Source: Octopus sinensis (taxonomy: Eukaryota). Taken from it: 64,000 nt of DNA. The stretch's first letter is position 1. Every line of letters starts with the position of its first letter. The translations under genes were made by a program, and so were the position numbers. Below the pieces are notes generated by a model. The model was given only the letters and a program-made list of their open reading frames with translations. It ran no database searches and was not told the origin of the DNA. This document shows positions 24,528-37,646 of the stretch, in pieces. The stretch is taken from NCBI RefSeq assembly GCF_006345805.1, contig NC_043012.1, forward strand, positions 15,686,001-15,750,000, in the 5' to 3' direction.

Positions 24528-25299
24528 AACTGTGACCTCACCAATAACTTTGTACATTAAAATTATGCTTTATTTTTGATAATTCAACTCCAGCTGGTTT
24601 ATTTTTTATAGCTTCACATACCTGACTTACAGATAATATATATTTCAAACAGAACACCAAAGCAAGATCTTGTGCTCTGTAAAATGACAATTATACATTT
24701 CTTTGTAGATCTTTTCCCCTTTTCTATTGTAAAGAATTTAATGGTTGTATCTACTTCTTTAATGAAGTGGGTATCTTCATAACATCTAGTCAATATCTAC
24801 TTCATTGATAGCTAGTCAGTGTTTACTTCTTAACACAGCTAATGGTTCTATGACCTGTTCACTATTTTATTCCTCCAAGTAACTATTGACCTCTTCTCAT
24901 CTTGCTGATATGTTACAACTTCAATAGAACAACTGATTCTGTGATATCCAGTGAGTACTTAAGTCCTTGATAAACGAGTGGATTATCTACTGAGTACTTG
25001 ATTTCTTCATAAAACCAGTGGAGACATGCATAAGCAATACATTTTGATGAATTTTGAACTTTCTCTTTCCATTGTCTCTTTCTTTTCATTCATTTCTTGA
25101 TCTTTTCTCATTTTTGTAATTAAAATATTTCATATGTTGTTAAATTTTCCACCTGATCTGATTAAAATTACTCCAAGATAAATTAATCAAATGGAGATAA
25201 CCTGAAGTCTTCTCCTTTAACAAAATCAAGAGCTGGATGCTATTTAGATCCTAAAATGTAAATTCCTGCTGCTTAATTTGTTGACGGTACACACACAAG

Positions 25300-25630
25300 A
25301 ATGCTTCATGCAATTCTCAGACTTTCTTGGCAGCAACAGATCTACAAAGCAGTGACTGTATGGCAGTCTTTCTACCATCACCTTGGTAGTCAGAGAAAGA
25401 ACATATTATGCATGACACTGCTGGAGAAACCAAGATGAAATATCCATCGATTGCCTTTTCTGGGAACTCATACACGGACATACAATATTGGTAGACCAAG
25501 AAGAGCATATATTGACCAACTTGTGGAACCCAGTGGCCATCAAGTTGAGGATATAAAAACTGTTCTGGAAGATTGGGACATCTGGTGTTGAAGAGTTGTA
25601 TTGATCCTGGCAAATTGCCCAGCTGAATAG
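25300..25630 (+). mobile_element. RTE LINE 3' fragment
   Basis: Broken plus frames read SWQQ..LYGSLSTIT..HCWRNQDEIS..LFWELIHGH / GRPRRAYIDQLVE..EDIKTVLEDWDIW. Confidence 0.75.
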
Positions 25631-25864
25631 AGAAATAGAAGGCTAAATTACCTTTCATAGAAGTTCAGCTGTTGGGAAATATTTGATATCATAAATTGAT
25701 GATGACTGTTATTATTGTTGTTGCTATTAAATATTTTGGCCCTGATATGATGGTAGTTGATGAGATTAGACAGTTGTGATAGCATTTCTAATTGTGGCTG
25801 GAAATTATGAATCATGTTGTTTTAAGGTTTTGCTCATATAGCATATGGTCCTTGTTATATATTT

Positions 25865-26195
25865 CTCGCTTCACTGGCACCTACCAACGTCGCTTCATTG
25901 GCACCCCTTACCAACGTCGCTTCACTGGCACCTGTGCCGGTGGCACGTGTAAAAAGATTCGAGCGAAGCCGTTGCCAGTACCGCCTGACTGGCCCCCGTG
26001 CTGGTGGTAAGTAAAAAAGCACCCACTACACTCTCGGAGTGGTTGGCGTTAGGACGGGCATCCAGCTGTAGAAACTCTGCCAGATCAAGATTGGAGCCTG
26101 GTGCAGCCATCTGGTTCGCTAGCCCTCAGTCAAAATTGTCCAACCCATGCTAGCATGGAAAGCGGCCGTTAAACGATGATGATGATGATGATGTG
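25865..26195 (+). mobile_element. SINE family B with short tandem duplications at the truncated 5' end
   Basis: accaacgtcgcttca(c/t)tggcacc is repeated at about 25866-25932. Confidence 0.85.
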
Positions 26196-26317
26196 ATATC
26201 TTCTTTACTTCATCTCTCTGTATTGCTAGTGGTGTTGGAGGGTGGTCATTTGGAAAACACAAATGCCTTGAAGAAATTATGATTTTCAAAGTGCCAAAGA
26301 CAGCTTCTTCCATGTTT

Positions 26318-26430
26318 ATATTATCTGAGTACAAACTATCTGAGTACATATCTGAGTAAGTACTATCTCAGTACATATTATCTAAGAATGTATCATCTGA
26401 GTATGTATTATTTGAGTATATATTATCCCA
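26318..26430 (+). repeat. Degenerate 11-14-bp minisatellite (tatctgagtaca-like)
   Basis: About 8 units are visible. Confidence 0.7.
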
Positions 26431-26512
26431 ATATATATCTGTTTCAAATCTTAAAAAGGGTAAATTACATTTCATGTTTCAGGAGTAAATAACGACCAGT
26501 AATATATTGTTT

Positions 26513-26958
26513 GTTCCTTCTCGAGCCATGCCTGGCTCATAAGGGCCGGTTTCCTTGGCGTATAGGAAGGGCATCCAGCTTTAGAAACTCTGCCAGATCA
26601 AAATTGAAGCCTGGTGCAGCCATCTGGTTCACCAGCCCTTAGTCATACGTCCAACCCATGCTAGCATGGAAAGCGGACGTTAAACGACGACGATGATGAT
26701 GATGATGATGATGATGATAGGTTCCCCACCTGGACAGGATGCTGGTCTGTCGCAGGTGAGCTGCAAGATGCAGGAGGAAAGAGTGAGGGAAAGTTGTGGC
26801 AAAAGAGTCTGCAGAAGTTCACCATTACCTTCTGCTGGAGCCGCGTGGAGCTTAGGTGTTTCACTCATAAACACACACATTGCCTGGTCTGAGATTCGAA
26901 CCTGCGATCCCTTGACTGCGAGTCTGCTGCTCTAACCACTAGGCCATGTGCTTCCACA
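26513..26958 (-). mobile_element. SINE family D interrupted by a family B fragment at 26566-26720
   Basis: Colinear with 15137-15434 apart from the nested insert. Confidence 0.85.
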
Positions 26959-26977
26959 GTAATATATTGTTGTTTTC

Positions 26978-27204
26978 GGCGGTGAGCTGGCAGAAATGTT
27001 AGCGTGCCGGGCGAAATGCGTAACGGTATTTCGTCTGTCGTTACGTTCTGAGTTCAAATTCTGCTGAGGTTGATTTTGCCTTTCATCCTTTCGGGGTCGA
27101 TAAATAAAGTACCAGTTTCACACTGGGGTCAATGTAATTGACTTAATCCCTTTGTCCTTGTTTGTCCCCTCTGTGTTTAGCCTCTTGTGGGTAGTAAAGA
27201 AATA
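26978..27204 (+). mobile_element. SINE family E (ggcggtgagctggcagaa...gagttcaaattc...cctttcatcctttcggggtcgata)
   Basis: Full-length sense copy with a B box-like motif. Confidence 0.88.
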
Positions 27205-29504
27205 TATATTGTTGTTTATCAACTGAGCTCTCTTACTTCACAAAGAATGGGTTTATGTTTCAGTAAGAAGTATAAAAAAAAAAAAAACCATTAACGATTA
27301 TTCCAAACAAGAGTTATTGTTGCTACTGATGATAATGGTAGGAATATTTTTTTTGTTATTCAGTCAACTGTGACATTTATTTTGTTTTTCTGCAAACAAA
27401 AAGTAGAAATCTCAGCATCATTGTTTAGACAGTAAGATAAGAATAAAGCATTATTGTTTAGAGAGTCAGATAAGAATAAATTTCAAGGAGAAAGACTTGG
27501 TCACTGAACAAAACAGTGTATCACAAATACACATATGCATGCGTGTGCACACGCACACACACACATATACATGCATACATCTACCATCAGCATTTCTATT
27601 ACATATGTTATTGCTATTCTTTTCTATTCCACCACATCATCATCATCATTATAACGTCCACTTTTCTAAGCTTGCATGGGTCAGATATAATTTGTTGAGG
27701 CAGATTTTCTATAGCCGGATGCTTTTCCTGTCACCAACCCTTGCCTGTTTCCAGACATGTTTTCACAAAAGACTAAAAGTATACGTATGAATGCGTATGT
27801 GTGTTTATATGCACATGTTTGGGTCTCTTGCCCAATTGGTCCCTGTCAAGTCTACATCTGCTGCTTCCCTTCCATGTTTGATATCCTCTCATCTCCTTCA
27901 GCTTTCCATCCCTCTTCTTCCTTTCTATTATTCCTCTCCCCATCAATCACCCTCATTCTACTCTAAATCTCTTCTATTTGCTTTATAATTATTTTAATGC
28001 GACTAAAGAAGGCATCATTTCTCGAGCCATCATTACACCTATCACTACTCCCCCTCTCTTCTGTTTGCTGTATTACTCTGATGGAAGACTATATACAATA
28101 CACCTTTGTGTACTGACAGTCATCACCTCCTCTCTCCCAAGCCACTGTCTATTGGCATCCATCATATACCATTACCCACCTCCATTAATACTCATCACTC
28201 TCACTCTATATCTTGTTCACCCTCAAACCACCCTGTTTCTACCTTCATACTCTTGTAACTTTTGACACACACTTCCAACCTGATTCTTCTTTTAAAATTA
28301 TTTCCTCTTTTACTCATATTCTTCAGATACTTTGCCTTGAGTGAGAAGTTACATGATTGAGTATTGAAGATTTTCTGGTCTTACAGAATACAAGGCAACT
28401 TCACTAATGCCAGTGCCTTGATAAAAATGCACCCAGTACACTTTGTAAAATGATTGGCAAATGATTGAAGATAAGCTGGGTTTGAGAAGACGTTATAGTT
28501 TTGTCTAGAACATGACAATCTCCTAATAAAATACATCTAGTTCACTCTAAAGTGGTTGGCAATAGAGACCAAGTCAAAACAAAATTGAAATGTTTTAGTG
28601 AGATAAGATCCCCCAACCTACTTTGGAGGGTGGTAAATTTGAACAAAACTGACTGTGATAATCCATCTAACTCATGCTAGCATGGAAGTGAACATTAAAC
28701 AATGCTGCTGCTTGTTGTTGTTAAGCAACAAGACGGGTAAGGGCGATTAGGTGATGGTCTAGGGCTTAGGGGCGGGAGACCCCAGACCTTGGGGAAAAAA
28801 AAATCTTTGGTCTTGTTATAGTCGAGGGCTCTTCGTTGATGCCCGACACCACTGGGAGGTGGCCCTTGAAGTCGCTGGAAATGGAGATCTCCAGGTCCAA
28901 ATTCTTGAATGGCTGCTGCTGCTGCCACCTCCACCACTGCTACTACTGCCACTGACAATGATGATGACAACTAGAGTCAGTTCTTATTTTAATTTACTCC
29001 CCCCCCCCTAGACTGACAGGGGATTATGAAATGTACAAATGTGCTATTAAGTATGTTTTATTTATACATTTTTTTTACTTGATTTTCACCGTTGACTTCA
29101 TCGGATCACCAATGTTTTATAGACTGAACTGAATGCCTTTTAACTTGCTACCAGTCCTAAAGAGATTGAATTGTTCTTGACAAGATTAAAGCAGCCTCTT
29201 TATGTTGTCTTTTCATTTGACTCTTAACCCTAGGAAAACTAGAGGTTCCTCTTTTTCCTATGTTATCTCTGTTTGTTCTTTTCTTTCCATGCAGGATATG
29301 AGGATGAGGGAGTGATGAGAGAAAACCAAAGTAATGGGAGTAAGGAAGTGATAGAAGGGAGAGCTAGAGTAGGAATTTGATAGAAAGAGGATAAAGACAA
29401 CTATCTCTGCTCCCCTATTATACTCTAACCTCTTGCCTGGTATACAACCACTTCCTTTGGTTCCACTCCTCCTCTCAAGTAAGAGGTCTCTGCCTTGCAA
29501 GCTC

Positions 29505-29710
29505 TTTGGTGACCCCACTGGTGCTGGTGCCATGTAAAAAGCATCCAGTACACTCCGTAAAGTGGTTGGCATTAGGAAGGGCATCTGTAACAACCATGTC
29601 AAAACAGACAATTCGGGCTTTGTGCAGCTCCCTGGCTTACCAGCTCCTGTCAAACCATCCAATCCATGCCTGCATAGAAAACAGATGTGAATGATTATGA
29701 TGTTGATGAT
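29505..29710 (+). mobile_element. SINE family B (older)
   Basis: gtggttggcattaggaagggcatc...aacagatgtgaatgattatgatg. Confidence 0.7.
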
Positions 29711-30348
29711 GGACTTCTTTTATTTTCTATCGATCAAATCCAAACACAAAGTTTTGTTTGGCCCAGGGCTATAGTAGAAGACACTTGCCCTAGGTGCCAC
29801 ACAGTGGGATTGATCCTGGAATATGATTAGGAAGCAAACTTCTATAATAATGCTGAAAAATTGATAGACACTTAAATTAGTTGATCAGATAAATGTAGCA
29901 ATATGATCAGCTATGCTATTATATTCTGTGGTTGATTCCTGATAGAATTCTCTGAAAACTGACTTTCACAAGGAAGGCAGTTCAAGGAAGGCATGGTTGG
30001 TAATTTTCACCCTACAGTGTATAAATTCATTGAAGCCCCTTGCCTGGAACAATCACGTATATGAAAGAACTGAAGTAGAAATAATTATAGTCATATGTAC
30101 TTGTATTTTAGTTGAAACTATAGCTTTAATAAGAGTTACCTTTCTTAGATATTTAACATTGATAACAGCTAAGGAGCTAGAAACATTGGTATCTCGGAAT
30201 CCTGACAGATGGTGACATTGGAAAGATATGGTGTTTTTACATCTTTTTGCAACAAGAGAAAATTTTCTCCATGGTAACTGCAGTGAATTTGTCTTTTAGC
30301 AGTTGAAATATGTCACAAACATATTTAACTAACCTAAACTTTGCATAT

Positions 30349-30761
30349 AGGCGCAGGAGTGGCTGTGTGGTAAGTAGCTTGCTTACCAACCACATGCTTC
30401 CGGGTTCAGTCCCACTGCGTGGCATCTTGGGTAAGTGTCTTCTGCTATAGCCCCGGGCCGACCAATGCTTTGTGAGTGGATTTGGTAGACGGAAACTGAA
30501 AGAAGCCTGTCGTATATATGTATATATATATATGTGTGTGTATGTGTATATATTTGTGTGTCTGTGTTTGTCCCCCTAGCATTGCTTGACAGCCGATGCT
30601 GGTGTGTTTACGTCCCCATCACTTAGCGGTTCGGCAAAAGAGACCGATAGAATAAGTACTGGGCTTACAAAGAATAAGTCCCGGGGTCGATTTGCTCGAC
30701 TAAAGGCGGTGCTCCAGCATGGCCGCAGTCAAATGACTGAAACAAGTAAAGAGAGTAAAGA

Positions 30762-30799
<38 letters not shown>

Positions 30800-31214
30800 C
30801 ATGGAGTGACTGTGTGGTAAGTAGCTTGCTTAATGCCTTAATGGCGAATTTTCATGAAATAAAGTAGCTTGCTTACCTACCACATGGTTCCGGGTTCATT
30901 CCCACTGCGTGACACCTTGGGTAAGTGTCTTCTACTATAACCTCAGGCCAACCAAAGTCTTGTGAGTGGATTTGGTAGACGGAAACTGAAAGAAGCCCGT
31001 CGTATATATGTATATATATGTGTTTGTGTGTCTGTGTTTATCCCACCAACATCGCTTGCTGGTTTGTTTACGTCCCTGTAACTTAGCGGTTCAGCAAAAG
31101 AGACTTATAGAATAAATACTAGGCTTACAAAGAATAAATCCTGGGGTCGATTTGCTCGACTAAAGGCGGTGCTTCAGCATGGCCGCAGTCAAATGATTGA
31201 AACAAGTAAAAGAG
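30349..31214 (+). mobile_element. Two tandem SINE family A copies separated by (TA)n
   Basis: Copies at 30349-30762 and 30795-31214. Confidence 0.9.
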
Positions 31215-31224
31215 AATATATATA

Positions 31225-32468
31225 TAAGGGGAAGTAAGAAGAAAAATAAGCGAAAATGCACATTGGAAATAAAAAAAGTAAAGGCTTTTTATGGAAAGTA
31301 ACGATAGATATATACAATTAGATGAACTGAGGTAGGAATAAAAGTAATAAAAGTCATTGTGAATTGTTAAAGAGATTTAAAAGCATACCGGTTTCGTAAA
31401 ATTACTAATCATTGCTTTGAATGCACACCAATTCCATTAAGGGAAGTTAACCGAAATACTAAACCAGACTTAAACATACTCCCATACATCCCCATACATA
31501 ACAATAGAAACAACAAAGCCTTCAACATTGCCATCTGAAATCTACCCATCCTCACAGGAGATAAAACAATGAACAAAATTTTAGGCTCACACAAAATTAG
31601 CAAAAGCAAAATGCAACCTAAATCATTGAAAAAAATGTTAACCAGTGCAAGTCTATATCTATTAATAACAGAATCAAAAGTGAAAAAAATGTGGTCAACC
31701 TAACTGTGGTACATGCCCCCACCTTTTGGAGGGTTCAGAGTTCCACTTTAAACAAGGTGAAATGTTTAAGATTAAATCAAATTTCACCTGTGCCTCAGAA
31801 AATCTAATCTATGCCATTACATGCTTAGGGTGTGGTAATAATTATATTGGCCAAACAAGAATATTACTCCGTCGAAGAACCACTCTCCACAAAGAACAAA
31901 TCCGCCACCCACAATACAGACAGATACAAGTTAGTGAACACATAGAAAGGTGTGCTAGGAATCTTAATCCTAATTTTTCCCTTCTTTCAATGTTCACAGA
32001 ACACCTTAGTACAACAAAGAATGAATAAAGAGGCAACTTTTATCAATAAATATCTTCCACAACTCAATATGAACACATGACATAATACAGAACACTACTA
32101 GCCTTTCAATTAGTACCACTAACCCCCATACATCCCATACACCATTCACACTACAGATCTATATCTACCCTAATTGCACCAAATCCAGAACTACTTACTT
32201 CCCTTACTCATAATATTTTTACTCAGGGACTAGTAGACCTGACACCGTTCAGTAATCGGTGTGCATTCAATGCAATGATGAGTAATTTTACGAAACCGGT
32301 ATGCTTTTAAATCTCTTTAACAATTCACAATAATGACTTTTATTACTGTTATTCCAACCTCAGTTCATCTAATTGTATATATCTATCGTTACTTTCCATA
32401 AAAAGCCCTTATTTTGTTTTGATTTCCATTGTGCATTTTCGCTTATTTTTCTTCTTACTTTCCCCTTA
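31225..32468 (+). mobile_element. 5'-truncated Penelope-like element with inverted pLTRs
   Basis: GIY-YIG endonuclease (CASENLIYAITCLGCGNNYIGQT..RTTLHKEQIRHPQY) at 31726-32028. About 205-bp inverted repeats at 31225-31429 and 32258-32468. Confidence 0.9.
32272..32304 (+). ncRNA. Hammerhead-like motif in a Penelope pLTR (A at position 3)
   Basis: gca-ATGATGA-gta attt tac-GAAA-ccgg-TA-tgc. A mirror copy with a further G8>T change lies in the inverted pLTR at about 31383-31415. Confidence 0.6.
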
Positions 32469-32510
32469 CATTTCCATGTGTAGTTTCTATTTTCTTTTTG
32501 TAATATATTC

Positions 32511-32548
<38 letters not shown>

Positions 32549-32839
32549 TTAGACTTGGATATATACCTGATAGTATGCTGATTAATATTCAATTAATACA
32601 TTTCTACTGACCATGATATTATTGTTTGAGCAATCGATATTTATATACTGTGTTGTTGATACCCTTATTGTGCTATTGATATTCATCTTGTATCTCATTG
32701 TATGAAAACTCCCACGCATATGTGCATATAACTATCACACCCATAAAGACCTGGCTTTCTGTATATCCATACATACCTGTCGATGTGGCAGTGTGTGTCC
32801 ATGAGGCCATGTATGTATACGTGCATGTGTCTATATAAT

Positions 32840-33112
32840 CATTATCATCAGCATCGTTTAACATCCGTTTTCCGTGCTAGCATGGGTTGGACAGTTCGAC
32901 CGGGGTCTGGGAAGCCAGGAGGCTGCACCAGGCTCCAGTCTGATCTGGCAGTGTTTCTACAGCTGGATGCCCTTCCCAACGCCAACCACACCGTGAGTGT
33001 AGTGGGTGCTTTTTACTTGCCACCTCGGAGGAATTTGAACTCAGAACGTAGTGGCAGACGAAATACCGATAAGCATTTCGCCCGGCGTGCTAACGTTTCT
33101 GCCAGCTCGCCT
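32840..33112 (-). mobile_element. Family B 3' part abutting a family E head
   Basis: Family B at 32840-33022 is joined directly to family E at 33024-33112. Confidence 0.8.
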
Positions 33113-33116
33113 CCTA

Positions 33117-33500
33117 GGTTGCCATCTATCATGAAGTGTTAAAGCAAAACAAAACAGTTAATGTGAAAAAGTATTGTCATCAATTAAAAGCATTGCACAA
33201 AAATTTGCAAAGCACCTGTCATTGATCATTTGTAAAGGGTTGTTACTCTTATACAATAAGACAAGATCACATTTTGCCCAGGTCACTTAAGATAAGAATA
33301 TGGCACTAAATATGGAAGTTTTGCCTCATTCTCTTTAATCTCCTGTGCTTGCTTCATCTGACTTTCATCTTTTCAGATCATTGTAACATTATTTTGAGGG
33401 AAAACAATTTATTAAATGTGTAAAGTTAAAAATGATATCGAATGTTTTTTTATTTTTAAAACTTGAAGAATTTTATGATCAAGGATGATTATGCTATGAA
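33117..33500 (+). mobile_element. Decayed mariner transposase C-terminal fragment
   Basis: Broken frames read IYHEVLKQNKTVN..KYCHQL and EVLPHSL*SPVLASSDFHLFRSL*HYFEGKQF, matching the YSPDLAPSDFHLF motif. Confidence 0.75.
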
Positions 33501-34531
33501 TAATGAAGGGGGAATATTACCTGTGATTAAATATAGCAATTAGGTCTATGGAAGTTTTTTTTTTCCATCTTGAAATGCAATAGGACTCAAGGTACCACAC
33601 AGCGGGACTGAATCTGGAAGCATGTGGTTAGGATGTGTATGTGTGTGGATGTATGTATACACTTATACAAATATGTAATGTTTGAATGTGTGTGTGTGTG
33701 AAGATGTATATACACACACACAAATATGTTACTTTGTGTGCTTGTGTATGTATATATATATATAAAATATAAAATAATGATGTTAAAAAGAGAGGCAGAA
33801 TAATTATAAGCTAGTAATTTTATTAAAAATAAATATAATACATAAAAATGTCAAGTGAGGTTTATGTGCAACTTCAGTTTAGCGAAAACTGGGTATTTCC
33901 TATTTCTAAATTACAAGCGAAGATAAAATATATATATATAAAAACACCATTTTAAAGATGCATCTTGTGATGACCAAAATCAAAAATTATAACATTAAAA
34001 AAATGTGTCTGAGAAACAAGAAGAAAAGCAGTTGTTGACATAAAAATACTTGGAAAAGAAATTAAATGCAAAAATGTACAAATTTACTGAATAAGGAAAA
34101 GTATGAATGAGGTGTTCATTTTTTTTTCTTTCCAAATAAGCACATGCACTGTGTACTTGTTCCTCACTTCAGCTTCATTATTACTATTCTTATCTCAGTG
34201 TCCTTTTGTTAGATTTCAAACAGAGGACAAAGGAGACGAAGGACTCTAAGATAAGAATAATATTAAAGCTGCTACGAAGAACCGGTGGTACACAGTACAT
34301 GTGGTTACTTAGCCAAAAACAAAAGAAAAAATAAAGACCATCCCCAAATATTACAATATCTGTTTCAACACATGATTTCACATCAGGAATCTTGCAAAAC
34401 GAATGCATAAACATAAAAAAGATGAAGCTTTCTTTGAAAGTATCTTGGAATGATCAGCAGAATAGAATAATTGTTTTGTTTTTGTTTTTCCAGTTTCAGC
34501 TCTTGAGCTGTGGCCATGCTGGGGCACCGCC

Positions 34532-34699
34532 ATTGTGGTGAAAGAGTACAGCAGGGATCACCACCCCCTGCCGGAGCCTCGTAGAGCTTTTAGGTGTTTT
34601 CGCTCAATAAACACACACAACGCCCGGTCTGAGAATCGAAACCGCGATCCTGCGACCGCGAGTCCGCTGCCCTAACCACTAGGCCATTGCGCCTCCACA
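34532..34699 (-). mobile_element. SINE family D variant, 5' half
   Basis: Reverse of ggaggcgcaatggcctagtggttagggcagcggactcgcggtcgcagg. Confidence 0.85.
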
Positions 34700-34767
34700 T
34701 AATTGTTACGATTACTGTAAAAAAATCCCATATTGTTCTATGGCAGCAATTTGTATGTGTGAGTGCA

Positions 34768-35188
34768 CATACATACATACATACATACATACATACATAC
34801 ATACATACATTACATACATACATACATACATATACATCATCATCATCATCATCGTTTAACGTCCGCTTTCCATGCTAGCATGGGTTGGACGGTTCAACTG
34901 GGGTCTGGCAAGCCCGAAGGCTGCACCAGGCCAGTCAGATCTGGCAGTGTTTCTACAGCTGGATGCCCTTCCTAACGCCAACCACTCCGAGAGTGTAGTG
35001 GGTGATTTTATATATACATACATATAGTAATAATAATATACATATATTATCTCTCTCCATATATATATACACACACACACATACATGCACACATATATAT
35101 ACATGTATAATATGAATGCATATATATACGTGCATGTGTGTATGCATCTGTACATATACGCATACATATTTATGTATGTATGTATGTG

Positions 35189-35235
<47 letters not shown>

Positions 35236-35340
35236 CCTGCTCACTTAGCCAGAGGGGTGGCGTCATTTAGAGGCTAAAACAATGCGAAGCGCATTGTGAC
35301 CAGCGATGTGTAGCAACATCTGATAACCTGGTCGGTCACA

Positions 35341-35397
<57 letters not shown>

Positions 35398-35452
35398 TAG
35401 AGAGAGAGAGAGAGACACACACACACAGACCACACACACACGCACACACACA

Positions 35453-35500
<48 letters not shown>
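34768..35500. repeat. Compound (TACA)n/(TA)n/(GA)n/(CA)n microsatellite block with embedded SINE pieces
   Basis: Direct reading. Confidence 0.9.
34836..35007 (-). mobile_element. SINE family B 3' part between (TACA)n and (TA)n
   Basis: Family B tail and core. Confidence 0.85.
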
Positions 35501-35501
<1 letters not shown>

Positions 35502-35684
35502 AAACAAGTTTAAGATTATAAAAGTGGTTTTATTCTTAATGATTTTTTTTCTTTTTTAAAAAAATTTGTGGAGGAATACATTCCAAATTTTAACTTGAAA
35601 GCCAAAGAAAAAATCATATCATGTTCTGGATTCCATGCTATAGCAATGCTTTTTGGAAAGTAACTGTTCAATGACGCTGGAGAT

Positions 35685-35727
<43 letters not shown>

Positions 35728-35788
35728 TATGAAGCTGTAATAAAGAAGTCAAACTTAATAGTGATATTTTGAAATCCTTTAATATATA

Positions 35789-37323
35789 CACTGGCGAAAA
35801 TAAATTTAAGACCGATGATAAAAGTTCTATTTCTTACAAAATATTTTGTTACTAACACCATACAAATTATTTTTATCTTTTACACCTTATGCAGAATTTA
35901 TTTCTCTTTCGAATGATGCAGACAATAACTATTTTTATACAACTTGAAGAATTCTAATGCTAAATTAATGTAAATGTTTCAAATTTACCGGCAAAATTAG
36001 TTTAAGACTGTATCATTATAATTTTATTTAAAGCAAAAATGAGCAACAAGAACGAAATACATATTAGTACTTTGTGCCGTAGCCTTTATTCTTAATAACA
36101 GCTGAACAACGCCTCGGCTTTGAATTTGCTAAGTGATTACAAAATTCTTTGGGAATGTTTTGCCATATTTCAATGATATAATCGCATAATTGTTTTAGAT
36201 TAGATGGTTTTTTGGCATGGACTTTTTTGGAAACATAATCCCACAAGTTCTCGATTGGATTCAGGTCCGGGCTCTGGGGAGGCCTGCTGATAAATAGCCC
36301 CCGGAGGTGAGTCAAATATGGCACAACATTATCCTTTAGTAGATTCATATAACCTACACTATTTAGTTTTCCATCAACCTTAACTAGAGGGCCAACACCA
36401 AAACTACTATCTGCCGCCCACATCATCACATCCCCACCCCCCGCTTGCGTCGTCTTTTTCATGCATTTCGGATGGAATTCCTCGGTTGGGCGACGTCTGA
36501 CGTATGTTTTACCATCTGATCCAAATATACAGAAGCATCATTCGTCACTCCAAAGGAACCTGCACCAATCTTCAGTTGTCCATTGAGCATGGGTTTTTGT
36601 GAAAATAAGATGTTTGAATCGATTTCTTTCGGATATTATTGGCTTTTTACTAGTGATTCGTCCATGTAGTCCAAATTCTCTCAAACGGTTGCGGACTGTT
36701 TGTGGTGTAAAAATAACACCATTTTCGTTGGACAATTGTTTACAAATGTCAATGACTGTCAGCATTCGGTTGCCTTCTGAAAGTTGGTGGATTCGATGGT
36801 CCAACTGCACCATCGTTTTTCTTGGGGCGCCAGTCCTTTGTCGATCTTTATATTGACCAGTCTCCGAGTATAACTTCCATGCTTGCATGCAAGCCGCTTT
36901 ACTGCAGTTTAGTTGCTTGCTGATGTTCGAAAAGGAAACTTTTTGCTGGTGGAGTAATACGATTTTTGCTCTCGTGACTAGACTGAGGCTACGTTGTTTT
37001 CCCATTATTAATCAATTGTATAATAACGTTAAATTATAACACTATCTAGGCTAGTCGTGTGACCACCCATTTTGGCAAAAAAAATTGCATACATATTACA
37101 TGGTCTTAAACTAATTTTGCCGGTAAATTTGAAACGTTTATATTAATTTAGCATTAGAATTCTTCAAGTTGTATAAAAATAGTTATTCTCTGCATCATTC
37201 GAAAGAGAAATAAATTCTGCATAAGGTGTAAAAGATAAAAATAATTTGTAATGGTGTTAGTAATAAAATATTTTGTAAGAAATAGAACTTTTATCATCGG
37301 TCTTAAATTTATTCTTGCCTGTG
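35789..37323 (-). mobile_element. Tc1-family DNA transposon with about 220-bp IR/DR TIRs, defective transposase
   Basis: TIRs 35789-36008 and 37103-37323 with TA on both sides. Transposase 37005-36064 (MGKQRSLSL..GAPRKT..FLWSDE*..SPDLNPIENLW..GYGTKY) has a stop, a frameshift and a deletion covering the second catalytic Asp. Confidence 0.95.
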
Positions 37324-37646
37324 TACGCTTAAGGTCTGCTTAATATATAATAGGAAATTTAACCATTATGTAAGACCTTCCTTGGTTAAAACATTTCAAA
37401 ATACGAAACAATTGATGGAAATATTTCAGTATATATGGTCAGAACCATAAATCAGTTACTAAGGTAGATAAATATTTATATAAAGGTAAAGAAAGAAGGG
37501 AGATAGAAGGAGAGAGAGGGAGAGAGAGAGAAAGTGAGAGAGAAAAGAAGAGGATATATATATAGTGAGGTAGTGGGGAAGAAAGGAAGATGTACCAATG
37601 AACAGTATTGAAAGGAAATGAGACGGTTGTATCTATTTGGTTTGAC

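Noticed and set aside
25317-25658. 113-aa minus-strand ORF
   Set aside because: Antisense shadow of an RTE 3' fragment on the plus strand.
32604-32650. Hammerhead-like ctgacca..gat/atc..gata; also ctagaaga..tgag/ctca..gaaa at 56973-57008 (minus)
   Set aside because: Too many core and stem mismatches to distinguish from chance.
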